64,000 nt of DNA, taken from assembly GCA_030635055.1 (NCBI GenBank), contig DAOVZN010000003.1, positions 4,121 through 68,120 on the forward strand, in the 5' to 3' direction. This DNA is from a bacterium. GTDB lineage: Bacteria > Patescibacteriota > Minisyncoccia > Minisyncoccales > JAGLPU01. Below are positions 1-9,443 of the stretch, piece after piece; position 1 is the first letter of the stretch; each line of letters starts with the position of its first letter. The notes beneath the pieces are model-generated. The model had not been told where the DNA came from. It saw nothing but the letters and a program-made list of their open reading frames with translations, and searched no databases. Position numbers and translations under genes: made by a program.

Positions 1-14
1 CAGGCGGAATAAAC

Positions 15-626
15 ATGAAAAAGAAACGCATTTCCCAAAATGATTTGGACAACGCGCAAAAGGTTTTAACTGAGAAACTGCTAGAAGAAGTTGAATCCAG
101 CTTAAGAAATAATATTTCTTCTGAGTTCATTTTATTAAAAGACGCTCTTACAAAAGAGATCACTGATAAATCTTCTCTGGCCGCTGCAGGCGCAGAGGTA
201 GAATCTTTTATTTATGAAGCAGAGGCAATGGCTTCGGCATTGATATTCAAAAAGACCGACATAGAGCGGTTTGCTCAAGAACATATTCTTTCTCAAATTC
301 CAAGCATTGAAAACAATGAAATCTTTTTGAAAGAGAAAAAACTGTTGCCCGAAAGTTTGACAATAAGCTATCAAGTTGAATCAATTGACTTGGAAAACGG
401 TCAAATTATCTTAAATCTGGAATTTTCAGGAAAGGTTTATTCTGATGTTGATGAGGTAGTTCTTAAGCGGTCTTTTAGTAGAAAAAGCTTGCTTGAGATC
501 AATACTTTTTTAGAAAATCAGCCGCAAATTATTAGATCAGAAACCAAATTCTGGCCTTTTTGGATCGGAAAAGCGCCTGACGAGCCAAAAAAGATCAAAA
601 TAGAATTAGAACTTGGGGTTGACTAA
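15..626 (+). CDS. hypothetical protein (possibly N-terminally truncated by window edge)
   Basis: 203-aa ORF from ATG 15. The frame stays open back to nt 3, so the true start may lie upstream of the window. No motif recognised. Lies directly upstream of infA. Confidence 0.5.
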   Translation: MKKKRISQNDLDNAQKVLTEKLLEEVESSLRNNISSEFILLKDALTKEITDKSSLAAAGAEVESFIYEAEAMASALIFKKTDIERFAQEHILSQIPSIENNEIFLKEKKLLPESLTISYQVESIDLENGQIILNLEFSGKVYSDVDEVVLKRSFSRKSLLEINTFLENQPQIIRSETKFWPFWIGKAPDEPKKIKIELELGVD

Positions 627-658
627 TTTAATTAAATTTGTTAGCTTAAATACGCTAG

Positions 659-919
659 ATGAGAAAAAACAAAGATAAAAAAAAGAAACAAAATAATGTT
701 CCTCCGGTTGAACCGGCTGAAAGGAAAGAAGGAGTAGTATTAGAGGCTTTACCTGGCGCTCATTTTAAGGTAAAATTAGAAACCGGAGAGGAATTAATGG
801 CTCATCTTGCCGGGAAACTAAGACTTTATAGAATTAAAATTTTGCCAGGGGACAAGGTAACACTAGAATTAAGCCCTTATGATATTGGTAAGGGAAGAAT
901 TGTATATCGGAAAAAATAG
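659..919 (+). CDS. infA: translation initiation factor IF-1
   Basis: S1-like core [49 protein letters not shown]. Lysine-rich N-terminal extension. Conserved position before rpmJ-rpsM. Confidence 0.93.
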   Translation: MRKNKDKKKKQNNVPPVEPAERKEGVVLEALPGAHFKVKLETGEELMAHLAGKLRLYRIKILPGDKVTLELSPYDIGKGRIVYRKK

Positions 920-952
920 TTTCTATTGACGATAAGGTTTATATATATTATT

Positions 953-1069
953 ATGAAAGTGCAAGCATCTGTTAAAAAAATTTGTCGAGATTGTAAAAGC
1001 GTCCGCAGAAAAGGACGAGTTTATATAATTTGTAAAAAAAATCCAAAACACAAACAAAGACAAGGATAA
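953..1069 (+). CDS. rpmJ: 50S ribosomal protein L36
   Basis: 38-codon ORF below the ORF-track cutoff: [38 protein letters not shown]. Typical Cys-rich L36, between infA and rpsM. Confidence 0.92.
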   Translation: MKVQASVKKICRDCKSVRRKGRVYIICKKNPKHKQRQG

Positions 1070-1127
1070 AGGTTGTTCTTAAACAGCCTGAAATAAAATC
1101 AAATTGTTTTGATTGTGAATTTTAATT

Positions 1128-1517
1128 ATGCCACGTATCGCAGGAGTCAACATACCTGATAACAAACGAATAGAAATTGCTTTAACCTATATCTTCGGAG
1201 TAGGTTGTACTTCAAGCAAGAAAATTTTAGCTGAAGCAAAAATAGATCCTAATGTTCGAGCAATAAAACTGACCTCTGAAGAAATCAACCGATTGAAAGA
1301 AATAATCGTTAAAAATAATACAATTGAGGGAGAACTTAAAAAAGACAGAATGATGGCGGTTAAAAGATTAAAAGACATTAGTTGCTGGAAAGGAATGCGT
1401 CATGCAAAAAAGCTGCCGGTAAGAGGGCAAAGAACTAAAACTAACAGCAGGACTGTGAGAGGGAATATCAGGAGAACGGTAGGCTCAGGCAGAAAAGGCG
1501 CTCCAGCCCCTAAATAA
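1128..1517 (+). CDS. rpsM: 30S ribosomal protein S13
   Basis: MPRIAGVNIPDNKRIEIALTYIFGVG... with a basic C-terminus. Operon order rpmJ-rpsM-rpsK-rpsD. Confidence 0.95.
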   Translation: MPRIAGVNIPDNKRIEIALTYIFGVGCTSSKKILAEAKIDPNVRAIKLTSEEINRLKEIIVKNNTIEGELKKDRMMAVKRLKDISCWKGMRHAKKLPVRGQRTKTNSRTVRGNIRRTVGSGRKGAPAPK

Positions 1518-1535
1518 AATTAATATTACACCAAT

Positions 1536-1988
1536 ATGGGCAAGAAACGTATAATAGCAAAAAGCGAAGAAGAGCTTATAAAGGAGAGAGATGCAGTCGA
1601 TAATATTGTTAAGAAAGACAAGCAAACTAAAGCTAAAATAAGGACTCAAAACGGAAGAGTCTATATTGCTTCTTCTTATAACAATACTCTAATTACCTTA
1701 ACGGATGTTCAGGGAAATGTTTTAGCTTGGAGCAGCGCCGGAACCATTGGATTCAAAGGATCTAAGAAAGCTACTCCTTTCGCCGCTTCCAAGGTGGTTG
1801 AAACTGTGGCTAAAGTTGCCGAGAAAATAGGAATAAAAGAGGTTCATGTATTAGTAAAAGGAATAGGCGGAGGCCGGGAATCAGCCATAAGATCATTAGC
1901 TGCCAAAGGCTTGCAAATTATGTCTATTGAGGATGTCACTCCGATCCCTCATAACGGATGTAGGCCGAAAAAACCAAGAAGAGTATAA
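1536..1988 (+). CDS. rpsK: 30S ribosomal protein S11
   Basis: [30 protein letters not shown]...TPFAA...[20 protein letters not shown], a typical S11. Confidence 0.95.
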   Translation: MGKKRIIAKSEEELIKERDAVDNIVKKDKQTKAKIRTQNGRVYIASSYNNTLITLTDVQGNVLAWSSAGTIGFKGSKKATPFAASKVVETVAKVAEKIGIKEVHVLVKGIGGGRESAIRSLAAKGLQIMSIEDVTPIPHNGCRPKKPRRV

Positions 1989-1992
1989 AATT

Positions 1993-2622
1993 ATGCAAAG
2001 TAATAAATGTAAAATTTGTCGCAGGTTAGGAACTAAACTCTTTTTAAAGGGGGATCGTTGTTTGACGCCTAAATGCGCCATGATAAAAAAACCATATAAA
2101 CCGGGAGAACCAAGCAAAAAAAGAGGTCGCAACATTTCTGAATACGGGAAAGAATTGGCAGAAAAACAAAAACTTAAAAATTGGTATAATTTAAGCGAAA
2201 AACAGTTTTCTAATTATGTAAAAGCTGTTTTAGCTAAAAAGGGCAAATCAAAAAATCCGGTTTTGGTATTGATCCAAAAACTGGAAGGCCGTTTTGATAA
2301 TGTGATCTTCCGCTTAGGATTTGCCTCTTCCCGCACGAAAGCGCGCCAATTGATTTCCCATTATCATTTTTACGTCAATGGAAAAAGAATGAATATTCCT
2401 TCTTGTCAAATAGTAAAAGGCGACAAGATCAGCATCAACCCTTCGTCTATGAAAAAAACAGTCATGATAGAACTGGCAAAAAATATAAAAAAATACGAAA
2501 CTCCTGCTTGGCTTAGACTTGATAAAGAAAAAGTGGAAGCTGAGATGATCGGTCAGGCTTCAATGGAAGAAGCTCTTCCTCCTTCTGAAGTATCAACAAT
2601 TTTTGAATTTTATTCACGATAA
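1993..2622 (+). CDS. rpsD: 30S ribosomal protein S4
   Basis: Start moved to ATG 1993 (MQSNKCKICRRLGTKLFLKGDRC, the S4 zinc-ribbon-like N-terminus). The ORF-track start at 1927 overlaps rpsK. S4 domain RFDNVIFRLGFASSRTKARQLISHYHFYVNGKRMNIPS. Confidence 0.93.
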   Translation: MQSNKCKICRRLGTKLFLKGDRCLTPKCAMIKKPYKPGEPSKKRGRNISEYGKELAEKQKLKNWYNLSEKQFSNYVKAVLAKKGKSKNPVLVLIQKLEGRFDNVIFRLGFASSRTKARQLISHYHFYVNGKRMNIPSCQIVKGDKISINPSSMKKTVMIELAKNIKKYETPAWLRLDKEKVEAEMIGQASMEEALPPSEVSTIFEFYSR

Positions 2623-2676
2623 AATTAAAAGGTTGAAGCGCCAGCTAATTTATTCTGTTGCTTCCAACTTAATATT

Positions 2677-3603
2677 ATGATTCCTTTACCTCTTATCCCA
2701 AAAATAACAGAACAAAAAGACAACCAGGCCACTTTTGAAATTGAAGCCCTGTATCCTGGTTATGGAACAACAATCGGCAATAGCTTGCGTCGAGTTTTGC
2801 TTTCTTCTTTATTGGGAGCGGCAGTGACCGAAGTAAAAATCAAAGGTGTTCAACACGAATTTTCCACAATTCCGGGAGTTTTAGAGGATATGGTTTCCGT
2901 TTTAATGAATCTAAAACAACTAAGATTCAAAATCCACGGTGACGAACCGCAAAAAGCTCAACTATTAATAAAGGGAGAAAAAGAAATAAAAGGTTCAGAT
3001 TTTAAATTGCCAAGCCAAATAGAGCTGATAAATAAAGACGCTCATATTCTTGCGATAACCGACAAAAAGACAGAAATAGATATGGAAATTGTGGTTGAAA
3101 AAGGAATAGGTTACGAATTGGTGGAAAGAAGAAAAAAAGATAAGCTGAAAGTGGGAGTAATCGCTTTAGACGCTATTTTTACTCCAGTTAGGAAAATAAG
3201 CTACAAAGTTGAAAATATGAGAGTGGGAGACAGGATTGACTTTGACCGTTTGATATTAACAATTGAAACTGACGGAACAATTACTCCGACAGAAGCCTTT
3301 GTGCAAGCATCTGAAACCTTAAAAGCAAACTATTCCTTGTTTGCCGACACATTCAAGAAAATTAAAACAGAAAAGAAAACAGAGAAAAAAGCCAAAGAAA
3401 AAAAAGAAACATCAAAAGACGGTTTGGAAGATTTGAAACTCTCCGGAAGAACTTTGAACGCTTTAGTTAACGGCGGCATTAAAACTGCCGAGGCAATAGC
3501 TGAAAAAGAAGAAAAAGAGATTTTAGAATTGGAAGGAATGGGCAAAAAAGGAGTTGAGGAGATAAAGAAAGCTTTAAAAAAAATAGGATTAAGCCTGAAA
3601 TAA
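2677..3603 (+). CDS. rpoA: DNA-directed RNA polymerase subunit alpha
   Basis: N-terminal domain FEIEALYPGYGTTIGNSLRRVLLSSLLGAAVTEVKIKGVQHEFSTIPGV. C-terminal domain LEDLKLSGRTLNALVNGGIKT. K/E-rich linker between the two. Confidence 0.95.
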   Translation: MIPLPLIPKITEQKDNQATFEIEALYPGYGTTIGNSLRRVLLSSLLGAAVTEVKIKGVQHEFSTIPGVLEDMVSVLMNLKQLRFKIHGDEPQKAQLLIKGEKEIKGSDFKLPSQIELINKDAHILAITDKKTEIDMEIVVEKGIGYELVERRKKDKLKVGVIALDAIFTPVRKISYKVENMRVGDRIDFDRLILTIETDGTITPTEAFVQASETLKANYSLFADTFKKIKTEKKTEKKAKEKKETSKDGLEDLKLSGRTLNALVNGGIKTAEAIAEKEEKEILELEGMGKKGVEEIKKALKKIGLSLK

Positions 3604-3609
3604 ACGAAT

Positions 3610-3969
3610 ATGCGTAAACGAACCAAGGGCAAAAAATTTAATAGAAAAAGAGACCAAAGAAAAGCTTTTTTCAAAGCGTTGCTTCGAGGTTTAGCTTTGC
3701 ACGGCAAGATCAAAACTACTGAAAGCCGGGCAAAAGAAATCAGGCCTTTAATGGAAAAGTTCATAACTATTGCGAACAAAAAGGATGGAAACGATTTAGC
3801 TAAGCGCAGAATGCTGGCCCGTTCTTTTTCTCCGGAATTAGTGAAAAAAATAATGGCTGAAATAGCCCCGAAATACAAAGAAGGAAACGGGGGATACACC
3901 AGAATAACCAAACTGGGCCAAAGAACATCAGACGGAGCAAGAATGGCAATAATAGAATTAATCAACTAA
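3610..3969 (+). CDS. rplQ: 50S ribosomal protein L17
   Basis: Follows rpoA. LLRGLALHGKIKTTESRAKEIRPLMEKFIT...GGYTRITKLGQRTSDGARMAIIEL. Confidence 0.93.
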   Translation: MRKRTKGKKFNRKRDQRKAFFKALLRGLALHGKIKTTESRAKEIRPLMEKFITIANKKDGNDLAKRRMLARSFSPELVKKIMAEIAPKYKEGNGGYTRITKLGQRTSDGARMAIIELIN

Positions 3970-3970
3970 T

Positions 3971-4318
3971 ATGGAACGAAAAACACACACAATTGACGCT
4001 TCAGGCAAGATTTTAGGCAGGCTGGCAGTAGACGCCACAAACATACTGCGGGGAAAGAACAGACCCGACTATGTTCCTAATCAGGATATTGGCGATTTTG
4101 TTATTATAAAAAATGTTTCCCAAATGAAATTCAGCGGGAAGAAAGCTGAACAAAAGATTTACTATCATCACTCAGGATATCTTGGCGGAATGAAAAAGAC
4201 TCCGTTAGAAAGACTTTTCAAAAAAAATCCAAAGGAAGTTTTAAAAAAAGCTGTTTACGGGATGTTACAGAAAAACAAACTGCGCGATGAACAAATAAAA
4301 CGTTTAAAATTTGAATAA
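3971..4318 (+). CDS. rplM: 50S ribosomal protein L13
   Basis: THTIDASGKILGRLAVDATNILRGKNRPDYVPNQDIGDFVIIKN...YYHHSGYLGGMK. Short form of 115 aa. Confidence 0.9.
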   Translation: MERKTHTIDASGKILGRLAVDATNILRGKNRPDYVPNQDIGDFVIIKNVSQMKFSGKKAEQKIYYHHSGYLGGMKKTPLERLFKKNPKEVLKKAVYGMLQKNKLRDEQIKRLKFE

Positions 4319-4848
4319 TGGAAAACAAAAAAACCACAACTAAAACAAAAAAGGCAACACCTAAGAAAGAAGTTGAAGAAACAATAGTTGAAGCTGTTGA
4401 GAAGGAAGAAGAAAATATTGAAGAAGAAAGCACGGAATTGGGACTGTCTGATAAGTCAAAAAAGTATATTGAAGCAATCGGCAGGAGAAAAACAGCAACG
4501 GCCAGAGTAAGAATTTGGACCAAAGGGGACAAGGAAATATTGATCAATGACAAACCCTATAAATCATACTTTAGCGTTCCTGAACTGCAGCAGACTATCA
4601 CGGCTTCTTTGGAAAAGATGAAGTGTGTAGATAAATTTAGAGTTTCAATCAAGGTAAAAGGAGGAGGAATCTTTTCTCAAGCAGAAGCGGTCAGACACGC
4701 TATTGCCAGAGCTTTAGTTAAGTTCAATCCGGAGTTTCGTAAAAGGCTTAAAAAGGCCGGGCATTTGACCAGAGACCCTCGGATGAGGGAAAGGAAGAAA
4801 TTCGGCCTCAAAAGAGCTCGTAGAGCCCCACAATGGAAGAAGAGATAG
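4318..4848 (+). CDS. rpsI: 30S ribosomal protein S9 with K/E-rich N-terminal extension
   Basis: C-terminal two thirds are canonical S9 (GRRKTATARVRIW...GGGIFSQAEAVRHAIARAL...LTRDPRMRERKKFGLKRARRAPQWKKR). About 45 extra N-terminal residues. ATG overlaps the rplM stop. Confidence 0.93.
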   Translation: MENKKTTTKTKKATPKKEVEETIVEAVEKEEENIEEESTELGLSDKSKKYIEAIGRRKTATARVRIWTKGDKEILINDKPYKSYFSVPELQQTITASLEKMKCVDKFRVSIKVKGGGIFSQAEAVRHAIARALVKFNPEFRKRLKKAGHLTRDPRMRERKKFGLKRARRAPQWKKR

Positions 4849-4854
4849 AGAAAG

Positions 4855-4877
4855 AGCAGCCGCTAGGCTGCTTTTTG
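4855..4877. terminator. bidirectional hairpin terminator between rpsI and the convergent orphan gene
   Basis: AGCAGCC-GCTA-GGCTGCT followed by TTTTT. The stop of the minus-strand ORF lies in the loop. Confidence 0.7.
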
Positions 4878-5399
4878 TTTTATAAAAAAAGAACAGCCTT
4901 GTGGCTGCTTTTCTAGATGTTCAATTACTTCAGAGGTTCTTCTTTTATCAAGATGGTAGAAATTTATACCACCTTCCGAATATATTATATCTTTGACTTT
5001 TTTCCTGTATGTTCTGACAGCTGCAATGCTGGAATAATTTCCAACTTCTTTGATCGCCTCCAAAAGATCATTTCTTGTTCTCATCGTGTCTGCTGACATA
5101 ACGATATCGTCCCACAAAATCATTTTTTCAAAAAAGCTGACATCTTTTTTCCGTGGGTTTCTAGTTATAATGTCTATAAAAGACCCTGTTATGTATAGCT
5201 TTTGTTTTATTTTTCCGGTCTTTTCTAACATCAACAATTTTTTTATCAGCAAGAATTTGTTCGTTCCCAGTAACTCTCTCTTCAGATTTATAACTGTACA
5301 TGCAGCTAAATCATTTGGCGCATTCAATATCTTTGCAACGACATCTTCTAAATTTTCCATATCTTCAATCTCTTCCAATTTCTCCATAATATTTTCCAC
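4863..5399 (-). CDS. hypothetical protein
   Basis: 178-aa ORF convergent on rpsI. No recognised motif. The antisense ORF 5050..5463 looks like a low-complexity shadow. Confidence 0.55.
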   Translation of the reverse strand: MENIMEKLEEIEDMENLEDVVAKILNAPNDLAACTVINLKRELLGTNKFLLIKKLLMLEKTGKIKQKLYITGSFIDIITRNPRKKDVSFFEKMILWDDIVMSADTMRTRNDLLEAIKEVGNYSSIAAVRTYRKKVKDIIYSEGGINFYHLDKRRTSEVIEHLEKQPQGCSFFIKQKAA

Positions 5400-5476
5400 A
5401 GTATCACCTTTTTCTTATTTTAATGAACTAATCATCATCTCTTCTTATAACACACCCAGATAGTTTGTCAAGGAAA

Positions 5477-6856
5477 TTACTCTATAATTTCTTCTGACTG
5501 ATAAAGAATGCCTTTACTGAGAATATACAATTTTTTGTCATTGGAATTAAAAAGGAATTTCAATTCTTGAAATTTAGCCAAGTCATAGATATTTATCTTG
5601 TCCCTGTCATCAATCTCAGTCACTTTTATATTATCTCCATTATTAAATATTAGATAATGGGAATTAAGCCAGAAAACCTGGCCAATCTTTTCGGAAAAAC
5701 GGGTTAGAAATAGGGATGTTCCTTTTTGTCTAACCGGCTGTTCTTGAATATCCTCCAAGAAAAAAACCCAAAGTTCATGATTTTTTGCATAAACGATCTT
5801 TTTATTGTCAGGAGACAGCTTTAGAAAGTTTACTGATTTTGCCAGTTCAACAAAAGATTTCGAAAAAAAATCAAAATAATAAGTAGTTTCTCCTTCTTCT
5901 AAGAAAATATTATTGTTCAAAATTTCCAAGCTGCGCCCAGTCTCTGTTTCTAAAATAAAAGGAATGCTTGATAATTTCTTTTGAGTATTTAAAGTCAAAT
6001 CGCTGCTAAATAAATGTCCTGTTTGGTCAAAATAATAAATATTTTTGCCTGAAGTTTGATAAATTAATATTTCTTCCGACAACAATGATGTTTGCCGAGT
6101 GGTTAAATCAGCTTGACATAATTTTTCTTTTTCAAGAAAAAACACTTTCAAGGAATTCTGCGGATTAAAAGATACTGCTTCTGCTGTCGGCGGCAAAAAA
6201 TCAAGAGAAATTAAGCTAGTGGTTGGCCTGTTCAGGTCTATAATAAAATGTTTTATCTGTTCTTTCAGACCCAGTTTAAGCAAAATTCTCTTAGAATCAG
6301 GGGACAGCTCTAAATCAAGCAGTTCTGATTCATATCTTGAAATTTCTTCTTCTTTCACTAAATGGCTTTTGACTTCCTTGCCCAGATCAAAAAGCTTCAG
6401 GCTCCAGCCCTGCTCACCGTTTTCTTTTGAGACTATTTTTTTATTATTTGGCAGCAGCCAAATATCTTCAGCGCCCTGGAATAAAACATTAAACTCCGGA
6501 TTTTCAGGAATCAGAGTAATATTTTTAGCTTCAATCACTTGTTGTTTTTCTATGGTCAAATTCTTTTCCCAATTAAAGTAACCGTCCTTTTTAACTTCTA
6601 GCCTATATTCCCGAGGCAAAAGGTTTTGGATTAGTACTGAATTTAAAAGAAAATTAGTCTTTTTAACCATTTTTTGGTCTACGCAAACTTTAACAGAAGA
6701 AGGAGATATGTTCAGAAAAAGCCCTCCTACTTGAACAATCTTTTTATTCTCAAAGTCGTAACGATATCCTTGAGAATAAAAAACCGCTAGGGGAGCCGCC
6801 AGAAGAAATAATAGAATCAAAGCGGAAAATAGAATAATTTTAGTTTTTCTATTCAT
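5477..6856 (-). CDS. membrane-anchored PEGA-domain / TolB-like beta-propeller protein
   Basis: N-terminal TM helix (KIILFSALILLFLLAAPLAVF). PEGA-like segment (LNISPSSVKVCVDQK...REYRLEVKKDGYFNWEKNLTI). PD40-like repeats (SPDSKRILL, SPDNKKIVY). Confidence 0.65.
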   Translation of the reverse strand: MNRKTKIILFSALILLFLLAAPLAVFYSQGYRYDFENKKIVQVGGLFLNISPSSVKVCVDQKMVKKTNFLLNSVLIQNLLPREYRLEVKKDGYFNWEKNLTIEKQQVIEAKNITLIPENPEFNVLFQGAEDIWLLPNNKKIVSKENGEQGWSLKLFDLGKEVKSHLVKEEEISRYESELLDLELSPDSKRILLKLGLKEQIKHFIIDLNRPTTSLISLDFLPPTAEAVSFNPQNSLKVFFLEKEKLCQADLTTRQTSLLSEEILIYQTSGKNIYYFDQTGHLFSSDLTLNTQKKLSSIPFILETETGRSLEILNNNIFLEEGETTYYFDFFSKSFVELAKSVNFLKLSPDNKKIVYAKNHELWVFFLEDIQEQPVRQKGTSLFLTRFSEKIGQVFWLNSHYLIFNNGDNIKVTEIDDRDKINIYDLAKFQELKFLFNSNDKKLYILSKGILYQSEEIIE

Positions 6857-6973
6857 TACCTTATTATACTTATTACCGAACTTAAATCAATTCAAAAGCT
6901 TGACTGACCAGCGGATTTCTGTTCTAATTAAAAAATCAAATGTTCATTGATAATAAAATACGAGGTGGAAAAC

Positions 6974-7930
6974 ATGAGTGAAGAAAAAAGCACTAGGCTG
7001 CAGAAGGGATATTGGTTTGACAATCCCTTTAAAATTGGACAAAAAAGAGCTGAAATATTCTCTGATTTGTATATAAACCGCACAAGGCTGACTTTGGAAA
7101 AAGACAATTTTCATCCTGAGGTTATTGTGGAATTCTATCTCAATCAGCCAAATGCTACTTATAGGATAGATGAAGCACTGGCTCTTCTCAGAATTGGAAC
7201 TGGTTTTTTTAAAGAAGATAAATTTGTTGATAGCTGGGGAAAGCTTATTGTTAAAGCTCTCTATAACGGAGAAAAAGCAAAAATTGGAGAACCAGTGATA
7301 ATTGTTGAAGGAGATTATCAACACTTTTGCCATTTAGTGCCGATCGCTCAAAAAATTTTAGCGGGACGCTTTGAAATAACCGAAGCCATAACCAGAGATG
7401 GCATACAACTCCCCATATATTATTGCCGTGACGATTTGAACAAAAAGTCACTGGAAGAAACAATAAGATGGGGAATAGTGCCTGAAGACCTTATTACTGT
7501 TTATGGAAGCGCGGCAATAGCGGCAAGCAAGTTTATTACATCGTCTAGTGTCAGCATAATCCCTGTTGTTTCTTTAGACAAAAACTGCATTAACGCCGCT
7601 TATAAGATCACTCGAATGACGGCGCAACAGCAATGGGGAGTCTGTTTCAAGAAAATGGATGAAATAGAAATTTCCGACCTGAATTTAATTAAAAAATTCA
7701 GGAAAAAATTGGACAAAAGTAGTTTTGGTTGGGTTAAAATAATGCTTTTGACAGGACTGTCGGGATTAAAAAATCCAAATGTTCTTAAAGCAATAAAAGC
7801 AAAACAATTCCCAATTGATGTCGTCGGTTTAACCGATTATTCTGCATCCTACGAATATAACTCAAGGATAGTCCCTATAAATGGAAAACCTAAATATATA
7901 GAAAACCCACGGTTAAAGATCGTTAAATAA
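6974..7930 (+). CDS. divergent nicotinate phosphoribosyltransferase-like protein (tentative)
   Basis: Start set at ATG 6974 behind AGGTGG. N-terminus AEIFSDLYINRTRLTLEKDNFHPEVIVEFY resembles the archaeal-type NAPRTase opening (tDvYF.RT..iL...g....V..E). C-terminal VKIMLLTGL...IDVVGLTDY resembles kI..SggL...vD.fGVGT. Catalytic residues not verifiable by eye. Confidence 0.35.
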   Translation: MSEEKSTRLQKGYWFDNPFKIGQKRAEIFSDLYINRTRLTLEKDNFHPEVIVEFYLNQPNATYRIDEALALLRIGTGFFKEDKFVDSWGKLIVKALYNGEKAKIGEPVIIVEGDYQHFCHLVPIAQKILAGRFEITEAITRDGIQLPIYYCRDDLNKKSLEETIRWGIVPEDLITVYGSAAIAASKFITSSSVSIIPVVSLDKNCINAAYKITRMTAQQQWGVCFKKMDEIEISDLNLIKKFRKKLDKSSFGWVKIMLLTGLSGLKNPNVLKAIKAKQFPIDVVGLTDYSASYEYNSRIVPINGKPKYIENPRLKIVK

Positions 7931-7936
7931 AACACA

Positions 7937-7962
7937 CCAAGGCAATTGCCTTGGCTTTTTTT
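7937..7962 (+). terminator. intrinsic terminator whose T-run runs into the next -35
   Basis: CCAAGGCAATTGCCTTGG then CTTTTTTT, merging into TTGACA at 7961. Confidence 0.75.
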
Positions 7963-8066
7963 GACAAATCAGGAAAAATATGTTTTAATTAGCGTAATGA
8001 ATAGAGATAAGCTGGAAACTTCAGCTTATCAGTGAAGCTCATTAAAAATCAAAGGTGATGAAGATG
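7956..8066 (+). repeat. promoter + leader module, family 1, copy 1
   Basis: TTGACA (7961), 17-nt spacer with TGT, TTTAAT. Leader hairpin GATAAGCTG-GAAACTT-CAGCTTATC (8006-8030). AAAGGTGATGAAGATG. One visible mismatch to 8723-8833. Confidence 0.85.
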
Positions 8067-8672
8067 AAAACAGATACTATTGCAAGAATGGAAAAAGCGA
8101 TTGCAACAAGAGAGCAAAAAGAGAAAGAATTAAAAGAGAATATAGTAGAACCAGATCAAAAAGCAAAAAAAATGCTACCGTATTTCCAAAAAGAATATGA
8201 TTGTATAAAGAAGTGCCGAGAGAAAGAGTTTCTGTCAGGTTTAGATACAGAAGTCTCTAGGTATTATAAAAATATAAATAGCGTGGTTCTTAAGACAAAA
8301 TACTGTTCTCTGCTCATAAAAATATTGTATGATGTGGGAGCAACGGCAGTGATAAACGGCGTATGCCGTCAAACAGAAGACTTGGCAAAGTCTTTCAGAA
8401 ACCAAGAGGCTTTCTTAGAAATAGTATATGCACACGGGTTTTTATTAATGGAATATAATCCGCCAGCAGCCAAAGATGTTTTTCTAAGAATGAGCGAAGT
8501 AGTCGGGGACATCAAGAAGGCTACTCCAAAAACCTTTCAGCTTATAGGGGATATTTCAAAAAATTTGGCAAAGATATTCTCTAAGGAGGGATCTGATCAA
8601 GCCAGAATGTACCTTAGGATAGCAGAGATATACCACAAGGAAGCCAAAATCCTAAGAACCCAGAAAAAGTAG
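8064..8672 (+). CDS. hypothetical helical protein
   Basis: ORF behind GGTGAT-N4-ATG. Alternative in-frame starts at GTG 8055 and ATG 8058. 202 aa, predicted all-helical by composition. No recognised motif. Confidence 0.6.
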   Translation: MKTDTIARMEKAIATREQKEKELKENIVEPDQKAKKMLPYFQKEYDCIKKCREKEFLSGLDTEVSRYYKNINSVVLKTKYCSLLIKILYDVGATAVINGVCRQTEDLAKSFRNQEAFLEIVYAHGFLLMEYNPPAAKDVFLRMSEVVGDIKKATPKTFQLIGDISKNLAKIFSKEGSDQARMYLRIAEIYHKEAKILRTQKK

Positions 8673-8688
8673 CTTGTCATAAAGATAA

Positions 8689-8729
8689 AAGCATTTAGCT
8701 TGCGTCAAGAATTCTTGGCGTTTTTTTTT
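8689..8729 (+). terminator. terminator module, homologous to 9402-9443
   Basis: AAGCATTTAGCTTGCGTCAAGAATTCTTGGCG plus T9. Hairpin CGTCAAGA/TCTTGGCG. The T-run overlaps the next TTGACA. Confidence 0.75.
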
Positions 8730-8833
8730 GACAAATCAGGAAAAATATGTTTTAATTAGCGTAATGAATAGAGATAAGCTGGAAACTTCAGCTTATCAGT
8801 GAAGCTCATTTAAAATCAAAGGTGATGAAGATG
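8723..8833 (+). repeat. promoter + leader module, family 1, copy 2
   Basis: Same 111 nt as 7956-8066, offset 767 nt. The single difference I can see is CTCATTAAAAATC versus CTCATTTAAAATC. Identity ends at the ATG. Confidence 0.85.
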
Positions 8834-9397
8834 CAAGAAAAAATCAAAACGACAGTTGGAGTAGCAGTAGGAATTTTTAACAATAACGGAGAGTTATTGT
8901 TAAAAAGAAGAAAACAAATCCCGTCAATTACCAAAGAAAGTTACTACGGATGTTGGGAGCTTCCACTGATAGCTGTCCCAGAAACAAAGGAAAAGAAAAT
9001 ACCGTACAACTACTTGGGCTTAGTAGTGAAGAGAGAAATTAAAAAAAGATGGGGAATTGATATCTTTCTAGATCCAATACCGGCCCTTTATCCGACAATG
9101 TTCAAAACTCCGGCCGGAGACTATGATCTGGCGATGATCACTGTTGTCGAAGCAATGATAATGGAGCTGCCAGAATCCATTGAAATAAAATGGGTTTCTC
9201 CCTCTGATCTCAATCTGTTGGCAGTGAAATTTGTTCCCGCAAAAATGGATAAAGGTAAGATCATAAAAAACGGAGAAGGGCTGTTGAGCGGAAAGAAAAG
9301 GCAGTTTCATATGGCTTTGAAAGCGATCAAGGTCGGATCCCCTTTCCCAGAATACAGGAGAACAGCCAACGAATTTCTCATAAGAGAACAAATATAA
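8831..9397 (+). CDS. degenerate NUDIX-fold protein (tentative)
   Basis: VGVAVGIFNNNGELLLKRR...GCWELPLIAV...VVKREIKKRWGIDI follows the Nudix box layout G-x5-E-x7-REUxEExGU, but KK replaces the catalytic EE. Confidence 0.4.
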   Translation: MQEKIKTTVGVAVGIFNNNGELLLKRRKQIPSITKESYYGCWELPLIAVPETKEKKIPYNYLGLVVKREIKKRWGIDIFLDPIPALYPTMFKTPAGDYDLAMITVVEAMIMELPESIEIKWVSPSDLNLLAVKFVPAKMDKGKIIKNGEGLLSGKKRQFHMALKAIKVGSPFPEYRRTANEFLIREQI

Positions 9398-9401
9398 TAA
9401 A

Positions 9402-9443
9402 AAGCAATTAGCTTGCGCTAGGAATTTATTCTTGGCGTTTTTT
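9402..9443 (+). terminator. terminator module, homologous to 8689-8729
   Basis: AAGCAATTAGCTTGCGCTAGGAATTTATTCTTGGCG plus T6. Confidence 0.7.

Noticed and set aside
1927-1992. Upstream starts given by the ORF track for rpsD (1927), nusG (33455), thyX (35001), glyA (35887), rpsP (56708), trmD (57723), gyrB (27754) and rnc (55993).
   Set aside because: Each would overlap the preceding gene or add a non-homologous N-terminus. An internal ATG gives the canonical family N-terminus.
3330-3965. 211-aa minus-strand ORF covering the rpoA end and rplQ, and similar long antisense ORFs (29673-30047, 43920-44360, 56929-57204, 57089-57496, 5050-5463, 62333-62764).
   Set aside because: They lie opposite confidently identified genes. 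They translate to F/S/L-rich low-complexity strings typical of the reverse complement of K/E-rich coding sequence. They have no start context of their own.
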